Source of the DNA: Phoronis australis
Taxonomy: Eukaryota; Animalia; Phoronida
Reading direction: 5' to 3'
Assembly: GCA_002633005.1 (NCBI GenBank)
Contig: NMRA01000428.1
Coordinates: forward strand, 225,998 to 289,997
Length of the DNA: 64,000 nt
This document shows positions 25,950-39,073 of this stretch, in pieces. Numbering within the stretch: the stretch's first letter is position 1; every line of letters starts with the position of its first letter. The notes under the pieces are model-generated. The model was given only the letters and a program-made list of their open reading frames with translations. It did no database searches and was not told where the DNA came from. The position numbers and the translations under genes are program-made.

Positions 25950-27596
25950 AACGAAAACAGAATTTCAACGTTGATATTGAACTTCACTCGTCAAATACAA
26001 CATGGGATATTATGATTGTTTCATACTCTTCACCCGTGTGAAAAGATTCCTGAGGGTATATTGCGTAAGAAAGGTGTGTTCTTAAGTATGGATTACATAA
26101 TACTTGCTGTTTTGATAACTGACGAGTACGGTGGTAGTAAAAGGACAGCAAGGCAACTTTTCTCTGTTACTAACTCTGTCGGTAGAGTTACTACCACTCT
26201 CGATAGTCTTACTATCTCTATCGATAGACTTATCAACTCTATCGATGGTCTTACTAACTCTATCGATAGACTCAGTAACTCTATGGCTAACTAATATACA
26301 CCTGAGCTCGTTTTCAGAGTCCGTCAATGGTAATACGTTTGCAATATTGTCTAAAATCATGGTTCTTAGATCACTGCACTGTTGATTTCAAGTTTGACAG
26401 TATGTTGGCTTTTGCTGTGGCTCAGGAACTCATATGTAGGCACGGAACAGACTGTTGAACTTTTCGAATTGTTTTTAATTGAGTAGACAAGCTTTTGTGG
26501 TGTATTAGTTGAATAGTTGTGTTGCGTATTATTTATTTCAAAGTACATATTGAGTATGACGGTACCTGTAAGTAAGATACAATGTATGTCTAGGATGGAC
26601 TTAAGTCGTTCTTTTTGTTTCTTTTGTTATACATGTACCGGTATATACAAATGATGATGCAGTAACTCTAAGCAAGATACACGTAGGTGGGAGATGGTTC
26701 TTAAGAGTCAACGATTCGTTACTTTCAGAATGGTAAACTTGTCGACAATGGCTTCCAGTTTTGAAGGTGTGCTGACCATTGGGTCGGAGTGCCATGTTTT
26801 AAACGCCTGTTTATCACAGAGGCAATCAGGTTGTGTGCAGTTGCCAATACGACAGTATTGATAATTTATGAGACTTGTTATTGAGTTATATGGAGTTACT
26901 GGATTTAATGTTTTTTACTAAATAAATATTCAATAAATACTATTAACGTTTCACTGCAAACATTTACATCTGGTATCAAAATTGTATGTATGAGCAAAAA
27001 GTGTAGCATCGGAACAAACCGTTTGAATTCGTCATGAACAATTATTTATTATAAGCCTAACTACATCCCAGTACTTTTTGTCTAGTGACTATATAAGTAT
27101 CCTCATTGGCCAATGTTAGATGTTAATACCAGCGCCTTATTGTTTTTCCTTGTTTTTCATTTTTGTTATCTCTGTAACAGGGATTTGATTATAGCAAGTC
27201 TCGGTAGGGTTTACATGTATTGTCTGTTATTTTTAGTGCCTCTGCGCTGGTGTGGCTCTTACTAACCCTTGGTACATACCTTTTCTGCATTAAACTCGAA
27301 GCTCAGATCAAACTGTGCTCTGTTAGTGCTATTTGTCAATTTGTCATTTTTTCCGGCTGTATGTACAAAAATTCTTTCCCTCACCCGTGAACCAGGATGC
27401 TAGGGAAAGTTTTTGGATTTATGTTTTTAGGGTTTTGTAACTATGTAACATTGACCTATATCTGGGAAGGGGGATATTGCCTTTACAAGACCTGTCTATC
27501 ACATAGCTCGGAAGTCATATATTGGAGTTTTTGTTTACAGGTCTATGAATCTGCGTATCATTGTCTTTTCATTGACATTTACCTAGTATCTAAAAG

Positions 27597-28810
27597 ATGA
27601 TTAACGTTATGTCTTTAAACTGCAGAGGTTTACGAAATTTTCAAAAGCGTAATGATGTTTTTAATTATCCAAAAGGAAAAAATATAATATTTATTGTCTC
27701 CAAGACACGCATTTCATAGAATCAGACCATGACGTGATTAGGGCCCAGTGGGGCTTTGACATTTTTGTGAGTCCAGGTAGAAGAGAAGCAGGGGGTGTGA
27801 CTATCCTAATTAATAATAATTTTGAATATGAAATTACAAATTGTTATAATGATGAGAAAGGCAATCATTCAATTATTGAAATAGTGTTGGGAAAAATTAT
27901 GACAGTCACCCTAGCCTGCATATATGGTCCTAACCAAGATTCTTCACTTTTTATGAAAACATAGCAGATCCCATCTCTTTGTTCAACTCCGAATTTATTG
28001 TTCTGTGCGGAGATTCGAGTTTGGTCCTAGATTATGACCGGGACTGTTTTGGTTATCTCAATCTGAACAATCCTCAGGCCAGAAAAGCAGTTTTAAACTT
28101 AAAGCAAGCATTTAATTTGGTTGATCGTTGGAGAGTCTATAATCCGGACCGTACCTCTTTTACATGGAGTTGGAAAAACCCAGTTAATAAATCACGCCTT
28201 GACTCTCTTCTAATTTCCGACGAGTTATTATCTTCGTTAAACGCGGTAGAAATAAACCCAGGCTACAGAACGGATCATCCAGCCATTCGGTTGGAGGTCA
28301 AGTTGCACTCTTTTGAACGTGGCAGACGCTTATGGAAATTTAATAATTCTCTACTCCGAGACAAAAAGTATGTGGAACTAGTAAAAATTATTATTCAAGA
28401 ACCAAAATTGAATATGCTCCTGACATTGACGAAGATTTACTGTTTAACATGTTCCTACTAAACATTAGATTTTTCACTCTGTCATATAGTGTTTTAAAAA
28501 ATAAAGAAAAAAAGAAAACTGCATTTAGAAAGATTAATAAATACTGTCCACCGGTTCGTTCAGAATACTGATTTTCAATTTTTTAGCGTTAGGCTAGAAA
28601 TTCGTCAGGCCGAGTACGAAGAAATTAGAAGGGAATACATTAACGGTTAAATACTGAGATCTCGTGCTAAGTGGATAGAAAATGGTGAAAAACCAACAAG
28701 ATATTTTAGTAATTTAGAAAAACGTAATCTTGTTAATAAAAATATCTCAAGTTTAATAGATGACAAGGGTACATTGATCTGTAGTCAAAAGGGAATTCTG
28801 GAGAGAGGTA
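27597..28810 (+). mobile_element. L1/Tx1-type ORF2 fragment (APE endonuclease), frameshifted
   Basis: MSLNCRGLRN, IYCLQDTH, IYGPNQD, LCGD, SRLDSLLIS, TDH, LWKFNNSLL, RSRAKWIENGEKPTRYF. Confidence 0.9.
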
Positions 28811-29299
28811 AACCTCCAAATCTAATTATATTAACAAAAGTAATTAACAGTTATTACTCCTGTGAAAAATATATTTATTCAAAAAATTTACAAATGGAAA
28901 AATTTACAAACAGGTGGCCACGAATGCATAATTTAATAGCAATGAAAGGATATTTTATCATTCCAAAATACTATCTCCCCTTTTCAGAGTCTTATACTAC
29001 TACACTGTCTTGTATGTTTTTTTCTTTAAATGTACTTCTAAAATCCGGTTCAAGCATACATTTAACTTAGTAAACTTTAATTTCATTGAATTGTAAAGTA
29101 AGGCAAGGGAACGAACCCCAGACCTTTGTCCTTGTTTATGTCGAACTGGGAGAATAAAAAACTATTTATTATAGGTCTTCAAGGAAGAAAAATATGAATG
29201 AGTGACAAATTAAATTTAAATTAAAAGGCTCCGGTGATAGCAAATTGTTATGAAAAAGGATCTAGACAACGAAAAGGGATTGTCACCCGGAAATAACGT

Positions 29300-29665
29300 T
29301 TTGTTAGGTTCACTTTTTGAAAATATATCCTCCGAACTAGCCTTTTACAACGTCTGGGTTCAACTCCAGACTGATCAATGACAGTTAACAACTGCCAAAT
29401 TGTGCCTCGTGGTAAGTTAAACCATTTGCTACGCACTTCTGATGCATAAATGTATAACCGTGCACCTTACATGAACCCGCGACGTGTTCTTCAACAAAAT
29501 TAACCATTTCATCAAAATCAGACATATTTTTAAGGCGCTGAAGTGCATAAGTCACCAAATACACGTCGCAAATTACCTTATGCTCAGTGACGCTCCAAAA
29601 CAACGTTTGAGTACCTTTATTATTTCATTTTGAGTCAGTCCTGGCTTGAATAAAGCGACAATGGT
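29300..29665 (-). pseudogene. N-terminal remnant of an IS3-like (IS3EU-type) integrase-core transposase
   Basis: LFKPGLTQNEII...SDFDEMVNFVEEHVAGSCKVHGYTFMHQKCVANGL / WQLLTVIDQSGVEPRRCKRLVRRIYFQK matches the GYR.M...DP.GV..RR..RL.RR.Y pattern that precedes GPN..WH.D; recognised from memory of the family. Confidence 0.6.
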
Positions 29666-29687
29666 GCTGCACTATATCTCATTATAA

Positions 29688-30699
29688 ATATCTTGATGTT
29701 TCTATCACACCTAAATTGTCATGGTCAAAAGTGACAAGAACTCTTTCTTGTCAAGCAAATAAAGCTACATCAGGTGTTTTGAAATTACAGCGCAGATGTC
29801 GCGATATGCCCCCATCACTTGCCTTTCAGTTATTTGATAAACTGGTGTTATGGTGCAGAGATTTGGGGTTTTAAAGAATACGAGTGTTTAGAAAAAATTC
29901 ATTTAAAATTTTGTAAATGGACCCTGGGACTTGGCAGTTCTTGCTCTAACGCTGCAGTATTGGGTGAATGTGACTGATACCCTATGTTTTCTGTTATCCA
30001 AGGGCCGCTTACAACATGTTGTACAGACTAGATGAAAATGGTAGACATATGTATAATTGGGCAAGCTCAGTCTGCAATTTATTGTCAATGTATGGTTTCT
30101 ATGATGTTTGGGTATACCAAGGAGTTGCATGTCAAGAGTCGTCTTTAAATATTTTTTCACAACGGGTTAAGGACTGTGCTTTGCAAAGGTGGCATTCCGA
30201 TGTTGATTCCAATTCTGAGTTACTCAGTTACTATTAGAAAAATTTTAAGGTTGTATTTAAACATGAAAACTATTTAAAAATTGAAAATCTTCCAAGAGTG
30301 TTCGTGCAAAGTTTTACACGTTTTCGATGTGCAAACCACAGACTGGCAGTAGAAACTGGTCGTCACGTAAATGTGATATATCAAGACAGAGTGTGTACAT
30401 TATGCTCGAGGAATTGTGTCGAGGATGAATATCACTTTTTGTTAGTTTGCGACGCTTTTTCCGAAATCAGAGTTATGTTTATAAGTGAGAGCCTCTGGAC
30501 AAGTCCATCTTTGTTTAAATTTCATAGACTATTATGTAATCCCGATATTTCAGTTGTGAAATATATATAATACGCATCTAAAAAACGGAACAGCTTGCGC
30601 ATTACTGACTAGTGTGCATAGCACTCCAATGATCTTGTTTGCTTGTTTGTGGTACTTTGAGCCGAAGGCCATGTGTACAAATAAAGGAAGAAGAAGAAA
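29688..30699 (+). mobile_element. 5'-truncated RTE-X-like LINE fragment
   Basis: LEKIHLKFCK, NAAVLGEC, FTRFRCANHRLAVETGRH...RVCTLC...EDEYHFLLVC; AATAAA then (GAA)n tail. Confidence 0.8.
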
Positions 30700-33600
30700 T
30701 CGACAATATGCTTGTTTCAGTCATCTATTTCAATTTGAAATCAAGCTAATAACATCGACATTGCAACTACATTGATAGAGATAGTAAGTCTATCGATAGA
30801 GATAATACAGTAAGTCTATCGATCGAGTTAATAAGTCTATCGATAGAGTTAATAAGTCTGTCGATAGAGTTACTAAGTCTATCGATAGACATAGTAAGTC
30901 TATCGATAGAGTTACTAAGTGTATCGATATAGTTAGTAAGTCTATTGCTAGAGATGATAAGTCAATCGATAGACTTAGCAACGGATAAAAAAGTTGCCGT
31001 GCCGTCCTTTTACAGCCACTGAATAGGAGCAAAACATTGTACGCATGAGAATGAGGACTTACATGTAAATGAGTTTTCACCACAGTAAGTGCATACATGT
31101 ACATGGTTTAATGTATTCCTAAAGCCGCCAACATACCCATTTAGTTCAAGTTCGTAAACCATAGCGTGACTGGCCAAACTGTGCATTTTGAAGAGTTCAA
31201 ACATCCCTGCACTACATAATTACTTTACGGGGTGCTTTAATAAAAAGACAATGTTCGCTAAAACGATTACGATGCATAGAAATGTACTTGCAGCATGAAA
31301 GGGGACCTTTAAGATCAAAATTTAAAAATGCAATCAAACGGTAACGTAGCAATGAACAATTACAGTTTTTAGCCATATTGTTAACAAGTCAATTTTCTCA
31401 CATCACCAGGAATGTGTTACAACACGACTGGTTAATAAAATGAGTATGCAATTTTTTATATTACAAGGATAAATCACAAATTATTGCAGAGTAGAAATAC
31501 ATACGCCTTATATTTTAACGTCTGTAAAACGCTAAACCAAACGCACGCCAACCAAACAATGCCGGAATTCCGTGTTATGGTTGACAAATCCCAGTCAGAA
31601 GGACGTGCAAACAATTTCTTCGACAGCGAATTCCATATAAGTATATTCAAACTCAACAAACGCAGTAAAACCAAGGAGTGTACAAGTACTAAACTCCTTG
31701 GTGAGACTGTCAAGCTTTACTGTTTCCGAGGTCAATTCAGTTCTCACGCGCAGGGAAACCCTACTGACTGTAATTTACAAACATTTGTTAAGTTTTTAAA
31801 TTACAACTTGAAAGACTATTTATCAGATTCTAACTTGAACACATGTTACGAAAGCTAAAGCAATTTACAATTGTTCAGTTTAAAATAAAACTACTAACAA
31901 AATGTAATTCAGTTTACTTTATATTGAGCAAACGTGTTTTTACAAAAGTTGCGTCATCTGGGTTGAAAGTTTTTGACACGTCGAATCGTTTTCGCGGTTC
32001 ACGTGAGAAAACAAGGGATTTTGACGAAATTTCCAAGAGTTTGTGCCCAATGTCGTAAACCTGAGACGTGAATAGGATTCTCTATTATCTCTAACGTCAT
32101 TGATCTTTACAAGCCGACAACACTCCCACAATGAATTTGAAAATAACGAAACCAGCGTCGCTAATTGAGTACAGTAGGTTTTGCAATAGAAAAAATATCG
32201 AGTTCGAAATAATTTCATAGTTTCCTGCAGACTAAATATACGGAATCATGCACAGTGACCTTCAAATCACTGATCGCGGAAATGAAATACCCCGGCAAAC
32301 ATTCACCCACCGGCACAAATCCCGTTTCGGGGGTCACGAAAATGCTTTTCACCCTCTAACGGAAATAAAGATCAGTACGACTAAAGGTGAAGTAGAAACT
32401 GAAAAAAGGCAAATGTGCATGTATTGCGGGAAAAGATATTCAGAAACAATATGTATAAAAGATTTTATGTGCTTGTTCATCTTCATTTGTTTTATCGTCG
32501 TACTCATTGTTTAACAGCGTACATGTTAACAAGGAACATAACTATCTAAGTCTACATACAAATCCACTCTCACACATTTTACACGAATTATAATGCCACA
32601 CCTTGATAGCTCTTCAGCTTTACTCAGATGAGAAAAAGTTAATGTGTTAAAGATTTTTTTTATGCTTGAGATCATGATCAACGCAAGAAATTATCCCTCC
32701 GTGTCAAGGTTTGTTGAACTTCGCGTAAAGCGCTTAAAAACTACCAGTTTCTTTGAAGACTATAGATCCCTCTTGCTCTAAGGAAAAAAATGAGTACATT
32801 TTCATGACGGTAAACGGAGTATGACATAAGTTAGACTTGGAAGAAAGGCGGGTTAATAGCACGTACAAGAGGTATGTGATGCACATGAACCCCCTAAACC
32901 TACCAAACTTCCTAGATTGTCACGCTTTTACAGAACGTTCGAACATCATCAGGCCTCAAAAAGACGCTGCATTAAATATTCATTGACTTTGAAAGCCAAC
33001 ACGTAGCATGTTTGACCTTATTGGCATCATTTTTCAGCCTCCCTTACCCATAGAATTTCGATTTACATAGCCGAGCTATTTTGATCGTACTTACGAAATG
33101 TCTTCGAGTTCCACGAAGGGGCTGCTAGTTCTTGTTCACCCAACAAGTGGATGCGGCGGGTTTGCTTGCCTGATTACTGATCAAATATTTGATTAACATG
33201 AAGGCAGTGGACCTGCATTTTCCTTATAAATAGACATTTACGGCTGCCGATAGGGGTATTTTACTAAAACGCAACTACGTGCGAACGTAGGCTACTGAGA
33301 AAGCAAGATGTTAACAACTCAATCAGGTCTGCTTAGAAAAATTTGTCTTTACCAAACATGGGGAATTGCTGTTGATTCTAACTTTGGTTCATAGAAGAAA
33401 ATAACGATCTAATTTTAAAAGTTATAAATTGTCAAAATTCTACTTCAGTTTTGTTGTTTGCCACCAAAACGGGTTATCGGAGTAAAAAGAAACGTCCCCA
33501 ATTAATTGAAGCTATGTTCTTTTATGTCACCTCAGTTTAAGTAGTAGATAAGAATCAGATTGCTCCTTTTATGCCAGGAAATTAGGTTTTCGTTACAAGA

Positions 33601-33704
33601 CTGCATTGTTGTATAAGGGAACTCTGAGAGAGCTGGAATCGACAGAAGCCAGAGTAAAGTACCACTTGCCAAGCGAAAAGTTTCGACCAACATAAATAAA
33701 TACG

Positions 33705-34553
33705 TTTATACCACAATATTAGCCTCGAATGGCAGATACAACCGTGTAACAACCCATAAAGTTAACTCACTAGTGAGATAACATTTTGGCGGGAAACCGA
33801 GAGCGGATTCGAACCCGGGCCTCAAGAGCATCAAGTCGCCGACTTTACCACTACACCACTCTGCGGCTGACGTCATCGAACTTGAAAATAGAATACTTAA
33901 ATGAGCACGCGCAACAATCGCATGTTGAGGAAAGGGCATTGCATCGACATTTATACACTATGTTTTAAGACACATATTTTCCGTAAAAACGATATTTTAA
34001 TTCAGTGAAATTTTTCTCTCGTGTTCTCTCACTTGTAAATCACCAATATCTACTTTGAATGCGGGTATCGTGTCTTCGGGATCCTTTGACTTGAGCATTA
34101 TAGTCAGTTACTAGTGATAACGTACTGTAGCAGACGGATATTTTCCCGATTGAAGCTTAGCGTGTTAAAATGTGTAGTAAGCTATACTAGTTGCTAAACC
34201 TTAATTTATAGATTCACTTTATTTCCATTTTGTTTGAATTTTCAATTGGTTTTGAGTATAAGCATTATTTGACAAAAATAGCTCGGCTTTTCTTAAAAGG
34301 TCACGACCTCCGATCCCGGGCCTCTGACATTGAAAGTAGTTACAGAACCGAGGCGAGTCGAGAAAGGTAGATCGATTCCTTGCAATGTTTCTCGTTCATC
34401 ATGTGGTATGAATAGATTATTACATGTTCTCAGTCGTTATCCCCCTTATCTAGAGCCCTCGTGGATTTTGGAGAATTGTCACCCTCGGGTCTAACGCCAA
34501 AATCCACTCGGGCTCTAGATAACGGGTGATAGCGACTTCGCCATGTAATAATC

Positions 34554-34555
<2 letters not shown>
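33705..34555 (-). mobile_element. Unclassified palindrome + tRNA-like repeat, best-preserved copy, inverted
   Basis: ~59-bp inverted arms spanning 34413-34555; minus-strand A-box TGGTGTAGTGG and B-box GGGTTCGAATCC at ~33803-33865; ends GTGGTATAA. Confidence 0.7.
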
Positions 34556-34642
<87 letters not shown>

Positions 34643-34665
34643 ATGTATGTATGTATGTATGCATG
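34553..34665. repeat. Compound microsatellite (TA)n(GT)n(GTAT)n
   Basis: Directly visible. Confidence 0.95.
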
Positions 34666-37588
34666 TACAGTATCATTTCCCATTTTAGTGTGCATTTCAT
34701 TGCATCATTTTAATTTTAGTTCTTCATTTCTCTATTATAGGGCTCTTAGTACGACCTATTATTTAAGCCATGTTGCATAATAAGGTGAACATTGCAACGG
34801 TCTCGTACTGTATATAACACCATCGCTATTCGTGGCCCATTACCACACAGACAGCTGATTAAAGGGCTCGGTTAATTACGTTGTACCTCATGCCAACTTC
34901 AAAAGATCTCAACAGATGGGGTTTCATCAACCCGGGAAGGCATTAGCTAGCACGTGCACCTAAAAGTCTTCTCTTATGGACCGGAAACAGTGATATCCAT
35001 AATAAATTTATGAATTCAACTCTACAAGTAAACATTCCAACCTTACGAACTAATTACTTGAGTGGCCGCCATTTTGCTGAGAGAGGTAACCTAGCTCTCG
35101 ACCATTCTCGCGTGATTTTGAAAGGGGTTGATTTTTTTGCTTTTCTCATCAGAAGTTTAGGGTGCGGTGACACAACCAACATTATCTAGGAAACTGTTAA
35201 CATTTTTATTTGGAAAACAGTAGTGTTGGTGGCGATGTATTTTATTAGCAAGCTCATCGATACAATAGTCTTCACCTTCCGTACTACGGTAAACCATCTT
35301 GCCGCTTTTTGAAGCTTTGTCCCGGCGCAGTATTAGAATGCCTCGCCTTTAATACACAAATTTTCGTATATTTTCGTACGTCTCTACCCGAGCTATTCGT
35401 ATGACCCTTCCATTTCACGGAGATGGATAATTATTACGCAAACATAAATAATTACCTCGTATGGAAACAGCTACACACACATGCCTGTGAAAATATCATA
35501 CAATCCGTGCTGGTTTAGATTCGGCTGCGCTTCCTTCACTCTGCTGGACCTGCATAGTCTTGCATAATCTCGATGCCCTCGCGTGTCTACGAAACACCTG
35601 CGTTTTTAACCAATGGGGGGTGGAGGGAAACCACCGAGGGACGGCGCAAACATTAATGAGAGGTATGTAAAGCCATAGCCCACCCCAGTAGTTACTAATT
35701 TCTCCCCATGTGGCCATCATTTTCTCCCTCCTCCGCCCGTCACCTTTCCCCCCCGTTCGCCATTGTTCTCTTCGTCCTCTCAAATTTCACCCTCGGGCGC
35801 TGCAACTTTCATCACCAAGGATTTGCCTGGGGGACACGATTTGTGGGGTCCCATAACACGGGTTCTCCTACGAGCTTCCTTTGTCCCTGAACCTGACACA
35901 TGTTGATTATTGTTTCCTACCCGTCTGAAGTTCAAACCCTGCCTTCTGAAACGGGCCTGCACGGAAGGAGAACATTATATGGTATAGATGTCCAAATATA
36001 TTGATGTACTACGCTCCATTCAAACATGTTTACGCTACGTACAGTCTTGTGCCTGGTTTAAAAATTCCAGTAAACCCGTGCTAGGATATTTTCGTTTCCG
36101 TTCTCACGAAAAGCAGACGAGAAAACCACAGACGCTGGAATCTCACGTTCAAGGTCACGTCCTATAGAGTCTCTTGCTCGGTGTAAAAGGGGTGAAGTTT
36201 CGAGTGTTTTCTTTTTCGAGCGCTCGTGGGTCAAACAGGTTCGGAAGACGGCGACAATAGTCGACAGGCGTTGAGGTGTTTCCGCTTTTTGTTATTGTTC
36301 GGCTGAGGTTGTATTCAAGCGTGAGAACGGTATTGTCGGAAACTGATGCCTCGTTAGGCGAGATGATCGTGTGTCATTTAAATAGATCCAACAAAGAACA
36401 TTCAAATTGGGAAATGAAACGCCGGGAAATCTGGTCTCAGAAAAAAACATGAAACAAAAATTTGATGAAGCTAAGGAAATTCGCGGTTGAACTGGCTATT
36501 ATTATTATTATTCAAAAAAAACTTTGCCCATAATTATTTTCAGTTGACATTTTCAATTTATACTAAATTTGCTCAACTCGTGGGCGAGTGAGGAATTAGT
36601 AATGACTCTCCGGAAAATCTGGTCCCGAAAATTCTTCAAAAACCGTCGAGTAAGAGGTGTCACGGCAACAAAATCCACATAACAAGAAACGATGACTTTG
36701 GGGTCCAATAAAACAAGGCCATGCCAGGCCTTTCCGTATGCAAATACCCGGATGTTTTAATTATGAAAAGATAACTCTGGTCAGATATCAGCAACACGAC
36801 GGGTGGCGTGCAAGTTGTAGCTCATAACAAGTAAATTCAGGTGCCAGTGCATCCCTTCGAGAAACCTGTGTGTCGAAATTCATTACTATCTCTTGGGAAC
36901 CAATATTGATTGGTAGACACCAGCCACGCCGTTGAAATAGAAATCCCCTCTGATATGATGTCAATTTCTCATATAGAAGCTTACACAAGAGTGAATGTCG
37001 CCCTGCTTAGATGGCTTAAGAATAAAACACAGCCTTTTACTCTCATAAAAACGATCCCATAATATTCACTACCGTCACAGACCAATAAGAACATAGAAAC
37101 AACCATCGCCTAAAAACTGCTTTGCAGTTTATTGGGTTGGCCAGTCCTGAAGTTACGAATTGGAAAATGGCGTACATGTACATGTATGTACGCAATGCTT
37201 GTGACGTGCATTGTCGCCTCATTAGGCAACATTCAAGATGAGATCGGATAAGCATGGTAATGTTTTTAAATTCTAAAGAGCTTTGTTTAAGAATTTGGCT
37301 GTGCGAACTTAACAGTGGCGAAGTTAAATTTTTGGGATGACAAGTGCAAGAGTTACGAAAAATAGAACATTATGAATCTCTATTCTACTCTCATCCGCTC
37401 TGCCTGTATAAATACCGACCTTTTGATAACATGCTTAGATTGATTTAAATTGTATGAAACTAAATAATTTACATTTCCAGTACCTACTTAGAATATATTG
37501 AATAAAAATCAGATTGTGATGATAGTGACTTTGATCAGCTCTGACAGTCTGGCAGAAAAAAATGCAAAATTCAAAGTTTTCCATTGCC

Positions 37589-37696
37589 AATTATACATAG
37601 ATACACTGTACTTTATTGTCGATCAAATATATACAGATACGCTGTACTTTGTTGTCGATCAATTATATACAGATACACTGTACTTTGTTGTCGATC
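37589..37696. repeat. Three tandem 36-bp repeats
   Basis: Unit AATTATATACAGATACACTGTACTTTGTTGTCGATC. Confidence 0.9.
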
Positions 37697-38947
37697 TGAC
37701 CGATGTCCAACTGCTGCTTGAACAACTTTCTGATTCGTCTGCACTACTGCAAAATGGACCTTACACAGACAGCCAATTCTGTATGATCTAAATGAACGAA
37801 ATCTGCAATCGTGCGCACAAGACGCGACCAACACTATTGGCCGTGAAGACACTATTCACGAGCAGTGCCTTGTGCGAGTCTCGATTTTACTTCCGGCAAC
37901 AATGAGTCTGCCCACTAACCGGAAGGTGACGCTTCTGGGAATTCCATATGAAAATATCGGATTTGCGAAACAGCATCAGGGCGGCGTCTTTCCAAAACGT
38001 TTTGTACTTCTGGGTTTAACGGAGAAACTTGCTCAATTTACTCCACCCATATGTCTGTGACATCCCACGGGTAGCTATAACACACTTGTTACACGTCGCT
38101 TATCGTTGTCCAATTGGGTGTTGTGATCAGGCTTACGGTAACAGTTATGTCCGTTATGACACATTCACTTCCATCAAACGAAGACGTTTCAATAAAGTTT
38201 CATTCATTACCAACATCCATGTCGGTTTCCAAAATTGCTGTCCAATACTTGCAACAAACTGAATGGAAAACAGAGATACATAAAAAATATTGCCAGCGGA
38301 CTCTAGGAGATAACGAATTAAGTTACATGTTTAAATATCAGCTCATATACAGTGTAGAACCGATGGTGACCCAGCAATTCAGGCCAAGGTTGAGCTTGGC
38401 GTTCTGATTAACCCAAGCAAGAAATCAGTGAAAACAATGACAAGGATTCGTGTACATTGTGTCAATGCTGATAAAGGGAAGTACTCAGGCTAAATCTAGT
38501 TAAACTAAGAATATCGAATTCGGCATATTCGTGTCCATGTGCAAAACTTCTTCTTAGTAAAAATTTCTCTGAAAAAATATGCAGAATTATTTCCCCCAGT
38601 TTTCACAAGGGAACGCCATTCAAGTTTCGCCGGATTTATTCCGGGCAAAATCATTCACGGCCTCCGTCGTTTGCTGATTCAACTAAAATTCCAATCGTTA
38701 TCTGTATCAGTGGTACAGCACATACTGTGTGGTGATAACTATCCGGAATTTATTAACCCTATGGGGAATGGCGTCCCCGAAATGTTTCTAATGTTCCAAA
38801 ATATACATGTATGGTATTATTATAAATCAGATAAAGAGTTTTTAATATCTACACAATACTGGGCACTTATTCGGATAGAGTTATGACTTTATGATCCTTC
38901 TGTCTTTTTGTTATCATCACGTGATAACCTTAGTTATCTTGATCAAT

Positions 38948-39073
38948 TTTACCATAGCTCTGGTTAGCTTGACAAGTCCCCAGTGAGTCCATTCCCGCTT
39001 AGTGCACGTGTTTACCATAGCTCAGGTTAGCTTGACAAGTCCCCAGTGAGTCCATTCCCGCTTAGTGCACGTG
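38948..39073. repeat. 63-bp tandem duplication, near-identical
   Basis: TTTACCATAGCTC...AGTGCACGTG twice, one mismatch. Confidence 0.9.

Larger units (their letters stand above)
26129..31021 (-). mobile_element. 4.9-kb TIR DNA transposon with subterminal ~21-bp tandem repeats, transposase remnant and nested LINEs
   Basis: TIRs CGGTGGTAGTAAAAGGACAGCAAGGCAACTTTTT / rc CAGTGGCTGTAAAAGGACGGCACGGCAACTTTTT; CTATCGATAG-containing arrays at 26165-26290 and 30770-30980 in inverted orientation; empty site in paralogue at ~8990. Confidence 0.85.

Noticed and set aside
26165-26290. CRISPR-like regular repeats (also 30770-30980, 37589-37696, 50311-52128)
   Set aside because: Contiguous tandem units with no unique spacers and no cas genes, in a eukaryotic context.
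33795-33870. Possible tRNA gene (also ~2985, 6690, 11320, 12195, 23055)
   Set aside because: A/B boxes are present but acceptor and anticodon stems do not pair convincingly; all are embedded in repeats.
34450-34780. His/Thr- or Val/Cys-rich ORFs (also 10713-10985)
   Set aside because: Translations of microsatellites.
38100-38260. Possible further THAP remnant (CPIGC, FHSLP, AVQ); also CSA-GC near 36296 and CLLPAC near 19730
   Set aside because: Motifs are short, in different frames, and lack the W and C-x2-H residues.
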